A DNA stretch of 64,000 nucleotides, taken from the NCBI GenBank assembly GCA_965222115.1, contig CBDCTJ010000007.1, positions 1,472,001 to 1,536,000 of the forward strand. The letters run 5' to 3'. Shown one piece after another: positions 39,322 through 49,295 of this stretch. Every line of letters starts with the position of its first letter. Position 1 is the stretch's first letter. Below the pieces are notes generated by a model. It saw nothing but the letters and a program-made list of their open reading frames with translations, ran no database searches and had not been told where the DNA came from. This DNA comes from Planctomycetota bacterium (GTDB lineage Bacteria; Planctomycetota; PLA2; JAEUHO01). The translations under genes and the position numbers were made by a program.

Positions 39322-39394
39322 TACCACTTATGCTCCCGGCGGTTGTTCTTAAACCTCGTTTGAGACCGATCGCCAGCCCGAACCGAGGAACGCC

Positions 39395-39955
39395 ATGAGC
39401 CCCGATGACATCATGAAGGACGCAGAGAGCCGTATGGACGGCGCCGTCCAACACCTAACGAGCGAGCTCGCCGGATTGCGATCCGGTCGTGCCAGCCCGT
39501 CACTTGTGGACAAGCTCATGGTCTCGGCCTACGGCTCGGATACGCCGCTTAGCCAGCTGGCGCAAATCGGTTGCCCCGAGCCACGCCAGATCGTGATCAA
39601 GCCGTATGACCCGAGCATCTCCTCCGACATCGAAAAGGCCATCATGGCCTCCGACCTCGGCCTCAATCCGAGTTCCGACGGCAAGGTATTGCGCATCAAC
39701 ATTCCTCCGCTTAGCGAAGAACGCCGCAAGCAACTTGCCAAGGTCGTCAAGACCCAAGGCGAGGCCGCCAACGTATCCATCCGCAACGTCCGCCGCGACG
39801 CCAACAAAGCCGGCGACGCCGCCAAGGCCGACAAATCCCTCAGCGAAGACGACCTCGAGCGCCTCAAAAAGAGCATTCAGGAGCTGACCAAGCAATACGA
39901 GGGCAAGGTCTCGGCGCTCGTTGAGAAGAAGTCGAAGGCGTTGATGGAGGTGTAG
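39395..39955 (+). CDS. frr: Ribosome recycling factor
   Basis: LRSGRASP, LGLNP, PPLSEERRK, IRNVRRDAN. Confidence 0.97.
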   Translation: MSPDDIMKDAESRMDGAVQHLTSELAGLRSGRASPSLVDKLMVSAYGSDTPLSQLAQIGCPEPRQIVIKPYDPSISSDIEKAIMASDLGLNPSSDGKVLRINIPPLSEERRKQLAKVVKTQGEAANVSIRNVRRDANKAGDAAKADKSLSEDDLERLKKSIQELTKQYEGKVSALVEKKSKALMEV

Positions 39956-40003
39956 GACGCGCACATGGTCAGATGCGATACAGCAAGACGATTCGAAGGC
40001 CCG

Positions 40004-43000
40004 CTAGAATTCTAGGCCGTCGTTTTCAAACTGACCGCCGGAACCAAAATACTTCTCTATGAAATTGCGCACGACATCGAATCGCTTGTCGTCAGCGTGT
40101 GCTTTGCAGATTGAAAGAGCACTCTGAGCAGAGTCTATTCGGCTTTTAGCTTCCGAATTCGACACGTAGCGCACGCTGGCGTTCGCTAGCGCCTGGGCGT
40201 GCTCAAGTGCCATCTCGCGATCCTTGCCAAAATCGTGCTCCCCTCGAATGGCGGCGATGCGCCCGGCCATCTCGAGGCGCTCGGCCCCCGTTTCGTAGCG
40301 CGCGCTGGCGTTATACAGCGCCTTGGCGTGCTCAAGTGCCATCTCGCGATCCTTGCCAAAGTCGTGTTCCCCTCGAATGGCGGCGATGCGCCCGGCCATC
40401 TTGAGGCACTCGGCCCCGGTTTCGTAGCGCGCGCTGGCGTTATACAGCGCCTGGACGTGCTCAAGTGCCATCTCGCGATCCTTGCCAAAGTCATGTTCCC
40501 CTCGAATGGCGGCGATGCGCCCGGCCATCTCGAGGCACTCGGCCCCGGTTTCGTAGCTCACGCTGGCGTTATACAGCGCCTGGACGTGCTCAAGTGCCAA
40601 CTCGCGATCCTTGCCAAAGTCATGTTCCCCTCGAATGGCGGCGATGCGCCCGGCCATCTCGAGGCACTCGGCCCCGGTTTCGTAGCGCGCGCTGGCGTTC
40701 ATGAGCGCCCCGACGTGCCGAAGTGCCAACTCAGGATCCTTGCCAAAGTCGTGTTCCCCTCGAATGGCGGCGATGCGCCCGGCCATCTCGAGGCGCTCGG
40801 CCCCGGTTTCGTAGCTCACGCTGGCGTTCATGAGCGCCTTGGCGTGCACAAGTGCCAACTCAGGATCCTTGCCAAAGTCGTGTTCCCCTCGAATGGCGGC
40901 GATGCGCCCGGCCATCTCGAGGCACTCGGCCCCGGTTTCGTAGCTCACGCTGGCGTTCATGAGCCCGTTGGCGACTGCTCGAGCCTCTACTTTAGCGTTT
41001 TCATTGTCACGAGATTGCTCAAATGCCGCGTGCCCCGAAATTGCGGCGATGCGGATGGACCTAAGCTCGACTGAGGAGACTTCATCTGCCGTCTCGACAT
41101 GTTCACTGGGATACGCGCATGCAGTTAGCGCCAGCAACCATGCCGAGTCTCTGGCAGCCCCCAGCCTAGCAGCGTCCGCCAACTTTGAGATGGCCAACAA
41201 TTCGTCGTCTTCGTCTTCCGTGGCCGTTGCCTCAAGCGTGTGCTGCCAAGCCTCGCGGAACGCGCTCGGTCCGAAACCAATAACGAGTTCTGCCCAACGT
41301 TTGGCCGGCGTTGGAGCCATGCGGAGCCCATGGTGTACAACACCCTTGTCTTCGCCGCCAGCCATGCCAAGTGAAGCTGCGATGATGTAGTGACGAAATG
41401 AGTCGGGTGCCAAGGCGTAAGATTTGTCGTTGCCATGCTCGTCGCGCTCACAGGAAATGATGTCACGATCTGACAGCCGCCCAAGTAGTGCTACGTGGTC
41501 GGCAAGTGAGTCGGGGAGAGAGGCAACCTCAACACTCCCAAGCACGGCCAAGCTTCGTAGTACGAACCGCGTATGTTCGGCTGATTGATCTTCCTTAACG
41601 AACAAGGGGGCCAGCATTTTACGGTACGAGGCAGCGAAAATACTGTGAGGTCCGCTGAGGCCATCAAGGGCGGATATCCCGGATCCAACTACCAAGTTCG
41701 CTGCGTGAATAGATGCCAGGATGTTTCCCTTAGTCTTGTCAACGAGCACTACGACTTGATGGGTAGTGAGGGAAGGAACTAGATTGCCAACAAACTGCTC
41801 AAGGGCGTTTCGAGTCTTGCTGCCAACGTTGGATAACTCGTGGAACGACCATTCCTTAACGTTGTTTAGACCATTCCGAGTTGCTCGCGCTTGAATCGGC
41901 CATGAGTTCACAAGTAATTTGATGCGCGGCAGATCGCTTACTGAATCCGTCGTCACGTCGGAGACGTAGCTAGCTAGCTTCTGTGCAAACTCGTACTCCG
42001 TGTTGAGGTTGTCCCATACCAAGAGCAACTGCCCGCAAGCCGACACCCTTCGCCACGGATCCAAAACGGATGCTGGATCTCGCGAGGATGAAAGACCGCT
42101 TTCTCGAAGAAACGCCACTTCCCAACCCATCGCTTGTGCCCAGTCGGCGACTCGGAGGCAGAGTCGCGACTTGCCGACACCAACTGGTGCGTGCATATAC
42201 ATGCCCACGAGGTCGGGGTCATTTAGAAACGCGTGAACACGTTCGCGCCATTCGGTCCGGCCCAGCACGGTATCCCGAACCAATCTCGCCCGAGTTGGGT
42301 CTGCAAGCAGTTTCTTGATGGATACTTCGTCGGGTCTGCGGTGCTTCCAGTACCGTTCCTCGAATTTCGAACGTGGTAAAACGAAGTCGGTAAGAACGCG
42401 GTGTATGCGATCGGTGCGTTCGGAGATGGCCGTAATTGACCGTGTGAGACCATCGATTCGGGCCTCGGTGCGTTGAACTCTCTGCAACAATTCAATATGG
42501 CGATTTCTCGCCTCGTAGCTCATTGCCGAGAACGCATCGTTCATCGCCGAGAAGATCTGTTCTGAACGAGATTCCAGTTGCGTGAACAACTGATTCAGTC
42601 GCCTTCGATGGTCTTCATGCTCTATCGACAAGCCCTTGAAGCCCTCTTCTTGCGCCTTTCCCAGCGCGAGGACTTCCGTGTCGAGCTGTGCCAAGTACAT
42701 GAGCAATGCGCCAGCAAATGCTCGCCCTCCGCCATCGCCTGCGTCCCACTTCAGAACTTCTCGAAGTGCACCAGCGAAACGCGCGTCTGCGTTTTTGGCG
42801 AAGACCTTGGAGAGCGTGGAAACGCCCGCACCCTTACGTCCTAGAGCGGAGGACCAGAGTTCGCCGAAGAAATCGCTCCAACCAGCTTCGTCGCGGACCA
42901 CGTTCTGTGGCTGCGTGGTGGAAGCGGTTGGAGCTTGTTCAATCTCAGTAAACCGTGTGAGCATCCGCGGAACATGCGCTTCCAGAAGCTCGGGCGTCAC

Positions 43001-43390
43001 GCCCGCGGACAGTTGTTGTTCAACGAAGGTGGAGAAGGCATCCGGCAGTTCCTTCTCAAGTTTGTGTGAAGCATCCTCAGCAGAACCGTCTATGAGTTCG
43101 TCTGATCGAAGTGACTCCAAGACGGCGCGCAACGCCAACCCGATGGCTTGCGTCAGGTCGTGATTACGAAAGAGTTCATCGGCCTTTGGGACGTGGTCGA
43201 GCTTCTCGATCCGCTTTCCAAACCACCCCGCGAGTGGCCCTGCTAATCCCCCAACCGCAGCCGCTGCAGCGGCGCCCAGCGGATTGCTGGCCCCGAGGAC
43301 GACCGAGAGGCCAGCCAGTGCGGCCGAAGCGCCAATCGCAATTCCCTTGGCAGAGGCCAAGAGGCCGGCGGGCAACGAAGGGCGGACCAT
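40004..43390 (-). CDS. STAND/NLR-like P-loop NTPase with N-terminal Gly/Ala-rich hydrophobic segment and C-terminal 43-aa helical repeats
   Basis: VLGRTE motif before the P-loop, Walker A APVGVGKS, Walker B LLLVWD, six tandem repeats; GAGGA RBS before the ATG at 43390. Confidence 0.75.
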   Translation of the reverse strand: MVRPSLPAGLLASAKGIAIGASAALAGLSVVLGASNPLGAAAAAAVGGLAGPLAGWFGKRIEKLDHVPKADELFRNHDLTQAIGLALRAVLESLRSDELIDGSAEDASHKLEKELPDAFSTFVEQQLSAGVTPELLEAHVPRMLTRFTEIEQAPTASTTQPQNVVRDEAGWSDFFGELWSSALGRKGAGVSTLSKVFAKNADARFAGALREVLKWDAGDGGGRAFAGALLMYLAQLDTEVLALGKAQEEGFKGLSIEHEDHRRRLNQLFTQLESRSEQIFSAMNDAFSAMSYEARNRHIELLQRVQRTEARIDGLTRSITAISERTDRIHRVLTDFVLPRSKFEERYWKHRRPDEVSIKKLLADPTRARLVRDTVLGRTEWRERVHAFLNDPDLVGMYMHAPVGVGKSRLCLRVADWAQAMGWEVAFLRESGLSSSRDPASVLDPWRRVSACGQLLLVWDNLNTEYEFAQKLASYVSDVTTDSVSDLPRIKLLVNSWPIQARATRNGLNNVKEWSFHELSNVGSKTRNALEQFVGNLVPSLTTHQVVVLVDKTKGNILASIHAANLVVGSGISALDGLSGPHSIFAASYRKMLAPLFVKEDQSAEHTRFVLRSLAVLGSVEVASLPDSLADHVALLGRLSDRDIISCERDEHGNDKSYALAPDSFRHYIIAASLGMAGGEDKGVVHHGLRMAPTPAKRWAELVIGFGPSAFREAWQHTLEATATEDEDDELLAISKLADAARLGAARDSAWLLALTACAYPSEHVETADEVSSVELRSIRIAAISGHAAFEQSRDNENAKVEARAVANGLMNASVSYETGAECLEMAGRIAAIRGEHDFGKDPELALVHAKALMNASVSYETGAERLEMAGRIAAIRGEHDFGKDPELALRHVGALMNASARYETGAECLEMAGRIAAIRGEHDFGKDRELALEHVQALYNASVSYETGAECLEMAGRIAAIRGEHDFGKDREMALEHVQALYNASARYETGAECLKMAGRIAAIRGEHDFGKDREMALEHAKALYNASARYETGAERLEMAGRIAAIRGEHDFGKDREMALEHAQALANASVRYVSNSEAKSRIDSAQSALSICKAHADDKRFDVVRNFIEKYFGSGGQFENDGLEF
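40184..40957 (-). repeat. Six near-identical 129-bp tandem repeats (43 aa each) plus a partial seventh (40166-40183)
   Basis: Unit NAS[VS/AR]YETGAE[C/R]L[E/K]MAGRIAAIRGEHDFGKD[P/R]E[L/M]ALxHxxAL[M/Y/A]; the 129-nt period is visible in the DNA. Confidence 0.97.
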
Positions 43391-43540
43391 CAATCAGTTT
43401 CCTCATTCATGTGGGGGGCATTCTATTTCATGGCCGAGCGTCCGGCAATCTGAGCACCACTACGAGAAGCAGGATAAATGTTCGCTCTATCTTCCCTGTA
43501 CGCTTGTCAAATGGCAGGCAATCACGCAGGCGATTCGCGA

Positions 43541-44047
43541 ATGCTTGAGGACACGCGCCTCAATTCGAAACGCCTCCACCTTCGCCCATGGCTCCCTGAA
43601 GACGTCGCGTCCTTTCACGAAATCTGGGGTGACCCCGAAGTCATTTGGTGGGGCGCAAGCGAGTCGTTGGCGAAGACGCGAGAAGGATTCACGGCGCTGC
43701 TAGAGCGGCATGCGGATTGGCCGGACGGAGTGGGTTGGTTTGCAGTGACTCGCAAAGCGGACGTTACGAATGAAATCCTTGGGGACGTGTTGCTTCAACC
43801 CGCACGATTTGTGGACGGCATTGAGGTTGGATGGCACTTCAAGCGCAGTGCGTGGGGAAAGGGATACGCAACGGAGGCAGCGTCGTGTGTGCTCAACTAT
43901 GCGAAGGACACACTCAAGATCGATCCTGTATACGCCATCGTTGCTACGCAAAACGACCGCTCATTGCGTGTCGTGAAGAAGCTCGGCATGGAGCGTGTGC
44001 GTGAGATGGTGTATGCAGACTTGCCGCACATTTTGTTTGCAAGCTAG
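43541..44047 (+). CDS. GNAT acetyltransferase, RimJ/RimL family
   Basis: RLHLRPW, IEVGWHF, WGKGYATEAA, NDRSLRVVKKLGM. Confidence 0.88.
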   Translation: MLEDTRLNSKRLHLRPWLPEDVASFHEIWGDPEVIWWGASESLAKTREGFTALLERHADWPDGVGWFAVTRKADVTNEILGDVLLQPARFVDGIEVGWHFKRSAWGKGYATEAASCVLNYAKDTLKIDPVYAIVATQNDRSLRVVKKLGMERVREMVYADLPHILFAS

Positions 44048-44070
44048 CGCTCGATCATGCTGTTCGCACG

Positions 44071-44757
44071 CTAACGTTCGAGCACGTCGACCGACCAGTC
44101 AACGAGTGCGGAGGACACGGCGTTGAGATTCTCCTGCGTTCGATTGGAATCGCCATGAGTGTCCTCAAACCCATGATCGCCCTCCGTGACGATGATTTGA
44201 GGTGGTGCCGCGCGTGAGCCAATGAGTGACTCGATTGAGTCAACGTGGCAGGAGGGGTCGGAACGTCCGAAACCAATGAACAGCGGTGTTTGAATCGCAC
44301 CAAAGTCTTCCTTGCTCATAAGTAGTTGTCCCGGTTCATGAGGCACGTGAATCGGTGGTGTTAACAGCGCGGTGCCAACAAGGGGAGGCTCCATGGAGCG
44401 GGCATGAGCCAGCACCACGCGGCTTCCCAACGACTTTCCGGCCACAAACCACGTGGCGTTGCCCGTGATCGACTTGGCATAGTTGACAGCAGCTTGCAAA
44501 TCGCCGACTTCTGGTACGAGGTCAGTTGATGGGTTATTCCCAGCCGTAAAGTAGGCCCAGTCAAATCGCAGAACGTGGAATCCGGCCTCTACAAGCAAGC
44601 GGCTCATCGTTTCAAACAATGGCAAACGCATGTGATAGCCGCGCCCCGGTGCCAGGATGAAACCGGCGCCACGCGGGCGTGATGGCGTACTAAAACATCC
44701 CACCAATTCATGCCCGTGCTCGGTAGGAATGCGCACGTCGTGGGCGTCGGTAGCCAT
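44071..44757 (-). CDS. Alpha/beta-hydrolase (dienelactone hydrolase/KANL3-like)
   Basis: Nucleophile elbow AGKSLG, candidate acid in GRSDP, catalytic His in GDHGF. Confidence 0.85.
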   Translation of the reverse strand: MATDAHDVRIPTEHGHELVGCFSTPSRPRGAGFILAPGRGYHMRLPLFETMSRLLVEAGFHVLRFDWAYFTAGNNPSTDLVPEVGDLQAAVNYAKSITGNATWFVAGKSLGSRVVLAHARSMEPPLVGTALLTPPIHVPHEPGQLLMSKEDFGAIQTPLFIGFGRSDPSCHVDSIESLIGSRAAPPQIIVTEGDHGFEDTHGDSNRTQENLNAVSSALVDWSVDVLER

Positions 44758-44852
44758 CTACGCATCGTACGAGCATTGCTTCGGCGCTGCCACGACCTTG
44801 CCATCGTGGGCGTTTCCACCGAGGATTGCGGCGATACGCATGGAGACGATTG

Positions 44853-47399
44853 GTGGCAACACGTGCCCATTTCACGCCGGGACAACTCTTAGAGGGCGAC
44901 TTCGGCAAGTACGAAGTGCTTGGCAAGCTTGGGGAAGGCGGAATGGGGTCGGTCTACCGGGCGCGCAATCTCAACTTGGGCGACGACGTTGTGATCAAGG
45001 TACCCGACGTTGCGGGTCTGGACTTGGACACCGCCAACGCATTTCGCACGCGCTTTGCGCGCGAAATCGATCGACTGATTGGCTTTCGCCATCTCCACAT
45101 CGTGCGCATTCACGGACGCGGTGAAGTGGACGGATTGCCGTTTTGTATCCTCGATTACCTCGCGGGCGGTTCCCTAAAGGACAAGCTGTCTGCGTTGGGT
45201 CGCTCGCAGACCGTGAGCGAAGTCCTCGCATGGGCTGTACCGATTGCGAAGGCGCTCGACTTTCTGCATGAACGCGACATCATTCATCGCGATGTCAAGC
45301 CCGGGAACATTTTGCTCGACGAGCATGATCACGCATTTCTTGGGGACTTCGGTATCTCCAAGTCAACGTCGAAGGGTGTAACGGCAGAAACCGACCTCAC
45401 GCGCACAGGCGGCGCCATTGGGTCGGCGGGCTACATGGCGCCGGAGCAAACCAAAGCGGAGGGCGTGACCGGCGCCGCGGATCAGTATGCGCTGGCCGCA
45501 ACGGTCTACAGCGCACTTGCGGGCTATCCGCCGTTCCTTGAGAAGACGCGCAGTGAGTATGAGTTGATCGTGCTCAAGGCGATGGAGAAGCCGGCGTTGC
45601 TTTCCACGCAAACACGCGCGGTGTCTGAACCCGTGGCGTCGGTGGTCGCCAAAGGACTTGCTACACAACCGAGTCAACGCTTCTCCTCGTGTCGTGATTT
45701 TGTGAAGGCGCTCATCAAGGCCCAGCAACAGCGAGGCGCGACGGGTGCACCGGCGCGCGTAACAACGTCGTCGCACTCGCGATCACGACCGTCGCCGAGA
45801 GCTACAACACGACCGAAGCGTAAGTCTCAAGCATTTGATCCGCGCGATCGAGCGAGGCCAACCCGCGCGCCGGTTTGGCCATGGATTGCCGCGTTGTTGT
45901 TGGTGGGTGCCGGTGCGGCGGTGTACTTCGGCGGTGTGTTTGACTCGTCGAAGAACAAGAGCGAGGATTCGGCGAAGGTTGAGTCGTCCATTGCGCCAGG
46001 CGACGAAACGACAACGCCTGAGAAGCGTCGCGATAACACGTCGCCACCAACGAACGCGTCGAGTTCGGATTCCGCCGCGAATCCAATGTCGAACGAGGGG
46101 AAGCCTACGGTTCCCCCCGATTCCTCTTCGCCACCCAAATGGGCGGCATCGCTTGCCTCCGCAGTAAAGCACCTTGAGCAAGGCGATTTACGCCGCGCGT
46201 CGAGTCTTCTCGGCCAAGCCGTGACGGCAGGCATCCCTGTCAACGAAATTCCAACGAATCTTCGCGAGGCTGTGGACGCGTGGCGCGCGCCGCCGCAGAT
46301 CCACATTGTATCCCCGGATCATGGTCTCGAAGTCGATGCGACGTTCGTTGCTGTGGAGGGTGAGCTTCGGGCTGCGCGTGCAACTGATGCGTTGTTCGTC
46401 AACGGCTTTGAAGTGCGAAAGGGGCCGGGCCCATTTCGTTATCGTGCGCGCCTCCCTGGGCCGGGCGGTCACAATGTCGTGTTTGAAGTGCGCGATGACG
46501 GTGAACAACGTGGCGCTTCAATAACACGTCGCGTCGTCGTTCCGGAGCCCATCCCCGATCCGTCTACGTGGGCTTATGTATCGAGTCTGCAGAAAGCGCT
46601 GGCGAAGAAGATGGGCGTCCCCGTCGCGTTCGAGAACTCGCACGGCATGCGCTTTGTGTTCATTCCCAAGGGTGCGTTCAAGATGGGGTCGCCGTCGTCT
46701 GAGAAGCATCGGCACAAACACGAAGGGCCGCAACACGATGTCCTCATGCCGCACGGCTTCTATATGCAGATTACGGAGATGACCAACGAGCAGTGGCACC
46801 GATTTTCGTCTACGCATCAAGGGGGATTTGAGGGCAAGCGCAAACCCGTTGAACACATCAGCCATGAGGAGATCGCGGGTAAGAGAGGCAACGGGCGCGG
46901 CGGGTATCTGAAATGGCTCAACGGGCTTGACCGTTCACGGAGCGAACCCAGGGGCATTGTGTATGCGCTGCCGACCGAGGCGGAGTGGGAATATGCCTGC
47001 CGCGCTCGAACGACGTCCGCCTACGCATTCGGTAAAGGGATCTCAACCAAACTGGCGAACTATGACGGGCGCCCCGGTCCGTTTCGTAAAGAGAACACCG
47101 GCATCTATCGGGGCAAGACGGTAGACGTTGGGACGCTGGGTCGCAATGCGTGGGGGCTTTACGACATGCATGGCAATGTGGCGGAGTGGTGCGCGGACTG
47201 GCACGCCATGAAGACCTATACAGCGCGTGCGCGTAGCAACCCGACCGGGCCTGAGTCTGGCACGCAGCGTGTAATTCGTGGCGGTTCGTTCGTCAGCCCA
47301 CCCGATCAATTGCGTTCTGCGTCGCGAAAGAGCCACGCGCCCGAGGCGCGCTTCACAAGTGTTGGCTTCCGGCTCGTAGGCCGCATTCCTACCAAGTAA
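44853..47399 (+). CDS. Hanks-type Ser/Thr kinase - TM - extracellular FGE-sulfatase (SUMF1/C-type lectin fold) protein
   Basis: LGEGGMG, VVIK, HRDVKPGN, DFG, YMAPE; TM WPWIAALLLVGAGAAVYF; FKMGS, LPTEAEWEYACRA, GLYDMHGNVAEW, RGGSF, GFRL. Confidence 0.92.
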   Translation: MATRAHFTPGQLLEGDFGKYEVLGKLGEGGMGSVYRARNLNLGDDVVIKVPDVAGLDLDTANAFRTRFAREIDRLIGFRHLHIVRIHGRGEVDGLPFCILDYLAGGSLKDKLSALGRSQTVSEVLAWAVPIAKALDFLHERDIIHRDVKPGNILLDEHDHAFLGDFGISKSTSKGVTAETDLTRTGGAIGSAGYMAPEQTKAEGVTGAADQYALAATVYSALAGYPPFLEKTRSEYELIVLKAMEKPALLSTQTRAVSEPVASVVAKGLATQPSQRFSSCRDFVKALIKAQQQRGATGAPARVTTSSHSRSRPSPRATTRPKRKSQAFDPRDRARPTRAPVWPWIAALLLVGAGAAVYFGGVFDSSKNKSEDSAKVESSIAPGDETTTPEKRRDNTSPPTNASSSDSAANPMSNEGKPTVPPDSSSPPKWAASLASAVKHLEQGDLRRASSLLGQAVTAGIPVNEIPTNLREAVDAWRAPPQIHIVSPDHGLEVDATFVAVEGELRAARATDALFVNGFEVRKGPGPFRYRARLPGPGGHNVVFEVRDDGEQRGASITRRVVVPEPIPDPSTWAYVSSLQKALAKKMGVPVAFENSHGMRFVFIPKGAFKMGSPSSEKHRHKHEGPQHDVLMPHGFYMQITEMTNEQWHRFSSTHQGGFEGKRKPVEHISHEEIAGKRGNGRGGYLKWLNGLDRSRSEPRGIVYALPTEAEWEYACRARTTSAYAFGKGISTKLANYDGRPGPFRKENTGIYRGKTVDVGTLGRNAWGLYDMHGNVAEWCADWHAMKTYTARARSNPTGPESGTQRVIRGGSFVSPPDQLRSASRKSHAPEARFTSVGFRLVGRIPTK

Positions 47400-47418
47400 C
47401 GCCCCGGTCAGGCACGGT

Positions 47419-48540
47419 CTACTTCTCCGTATTCCACGCCGACAGCCATCGCGTTCCGGCGCGCTTGTAGCCTAGTTTCTCGATTAGATCCTTCTCAATG
47501 CCAGGAAGGTGTGCAGCACCGTAGAAGATGGCGATGCTGTCCTTGGCACCAAGCTTGGCCATCTGCTCTTTGACGCGCCTCGTAACGATGTCATTGCGCT
47601 TGGTGAGCAACAGTTCTGCGGTGTCGGGCATGGTGACGTTCATCATCTTGAGCATGTCTACCGAGCCCATGACCTCGGCGAACTTATTCTTCATCATGCG
47701 CCGCATCGGACCCCCTTGATCGCCCTTGCCAATGAGCATGTCGAGCAGGGGGCCGGCCACTTTGAGCAACCCTTGCAACGTGGCCGCCTGTCCGGTGATT
47801 TTGGCTGCCGCACCCTTCGGCTTCGTTGGCGCTGCCTTGCCGTTTTTTCCAGGTGGCGTCGTTGGTGTGTCCGACTTGGAAGATGGCGTAGTGGGTTTCG
47901 TATCGACCGGTGCCTTGCCACCACCCATGAACTCTTCTGCTGTCATGTCGGCATGCACAAAGTGGGGGCGGTTGTAGTTAATGGCTTCCAACTGAAACGC
48001 CATCCCGAACCATTTCGCCATCTTGGTTTGTAGCTCGCGAATCGGGTTCATCTCGGTGGGTGCCGACTCGAGCGCCTCATGCATCTTTGCGTTCTTTGGC
48101 TTGATGCCCTCGTACAAGACAACGGTGGCATCTTCCAAGATGCGTTGAACATCTCGGTAAAACTCTTTCTCGGCAATGTGAACGGCCCCGATCAAATCGA
48201 CACGTGCCTTTCCATCGGGATGCACATACGTCGTAACACCCACATGCAATCCAGCGGGAAGTTTGCCCGGCTTACTCGTGGTGACATGGCGCATGTGTCG
48301 TGAGTTGTCGGCGGTTGGCTTTGCGCGCGAAATGGTGCGGACGTCATCACGTTTGAATGTGAGCGTGTCGCCTGCCGGCAAGAGGATCTCCACCTCGGTC
48401 TCGCGTTCTTCAAGCACAACGCCGCGAACCGCCGTTCCGCCGTTGAGAACAATCTCGTCGGCGTAGGACGACGAGAGTGAAAAGAGTGACAACAGGAGTG
48501 AGGCGCCAAGCGCACGCGAAATGGGTCGATTCATAGCCAT
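47419..48540 (-). CDS. Exported TraB/GumN(TIKI)-like protein
   Basis: Signal peptide; VDLIGAVHIA, VLYEG, KRND and IFYGAAHL resemble TraB/GumN metal-binding motifs. Confidence 0.6.
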   Translation of the reverse strand: MAMNRPISRALGASLLLSLFSLSSSYADEIVLNGGTAVRGVVLEERETEVEILLPAGDTLTFKRDDVRTISRAKPTADNSRHMRHVTTSKPGKLPAGLHVGVTTYVHPDGKARVDLIGAVHIAEKEFYRDVQRILEDATVVLYEGIKPKNAKMHEALESAPTEMNPIRELQTKMAKWFGMAFQLEAINYNRPHFVHADMTAEEFMGGGKAPVDTKPTTPSSKSDTPTTPPGKNGKAAPTKPKGAAAKITGQAATLQGLLKVAGPLLDMLIGKGDQGGPMRRMMKNKFAEVMGSVDMLKMMNVTMPDTAELLLTKRNDIVTRRVKEQMAKLGAKDSIAIFYGAAHLPGIEKDLIEKLGYKRAGTRWLSAWNTEK

Positions 48541-48642
48541 AGTCTCACCCGACACGCGGGGTTGTGAGCGATCGCGCCCTGCAGGGCTCGCCCAACCGCA
48601 AACCTTTGCAAGTTGGCTATTGTTGTTGTTTGATTCAGACCT

Positions 48643-49212
48643 ATGCCTAGGAAATCGGATCGAGCGCGCTGGAACGCCAAGTACTTGGCGCGGGGGCCCA
48701 GCGTCGGTGAGCCCCATCCGTTTGTCGTACAAACCGTTCCATCCATGCCCGGACGTGCGCTTGATCTCGCCGGCGGCGCGGGGCGGCATGCTCTTTACGT
48801 CGCGTCGCAAGGATGGGAGACGACGCTGCTAGACGTCTCGGATGTGGGTCTTGCCCATGCCCGGCAACATGCCTCCGAAATGGGGATATCGCTCACGACC
48901 GTTCAGCGAGACCTGGAACGCTACGGCGTGCCGGAAGGCGCATGGAATTTGGTCGTATGCGTTCACTATTCATTCGGTACCAGGCTGTCGCACCTGCCTT
49001 CGTTGGTCGCGCCGGGGGGGCATCTCGTCTTTGTCCAAGCCACAACGACCAATCTTGAGCGACACGAACGACCTTCACGAAAGTACCTGGTGGCGCCGGG
49101 AACAGCCCGCCGCGTTTTGGGCTCAGGGCTACGAGTCCTGATCGACGACGAGGGATGGGACGCGACCGATCGCCACGAGTCGCGACTCCTGCTTCATCGC
49201 GACAACCAGTAA
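48643..49212 (+). CDS. Class I SAM-dependent methyltransferase (TehB-like)
   Basis: RWNAKY, RALDLAGGAGRHAL, LDVSDVGL, LVAPGG. Confidence 0.85.
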   Translation: MPRKSDRARWNAKYLARGPSVGEPHPFVVQTVPSMPGRALDLAGGAGRHALYVASQGWETTLLDVSDVGLAHARQHASEMGISLTTVQRDLERYGVPEGAWNLVVCVHYSFGTRLSHLPSLVAPGGHLVFVQATTTNLERHERPSRKYLVAPGTARRVLGSGLRVLIDDEGWDATDRHESRLLLHRDNQ

Positions 49213-49295
49213 GTGCCGTCTTTGACCGGCCCGCCGACTAAGTCTCAGTTGGTTCTGGCCCGTCGCGGCGTACTATCGACCGGTCGTGCCTCCGC

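Noticed and set aside
40184-40957. 129-bp repeats as a CRISPR array
   Set aside because: The units are contiguous and in-frame within a CDS, with no unique spacers and no cas genes.
40199-41074. 291-aa plus-strand repeat ORF
   Set aside because: Antisense shadow of the repeat region of the minus-strand gene.
46620-47399. FGE-sulfatase/C-type lectin C-terminus as a diversity-generating retroelement target
   Set aside because: I saw no reverse transcriptase and no template repeat with adenine-specific differences in the window. A remote DGR cannot be excluded.
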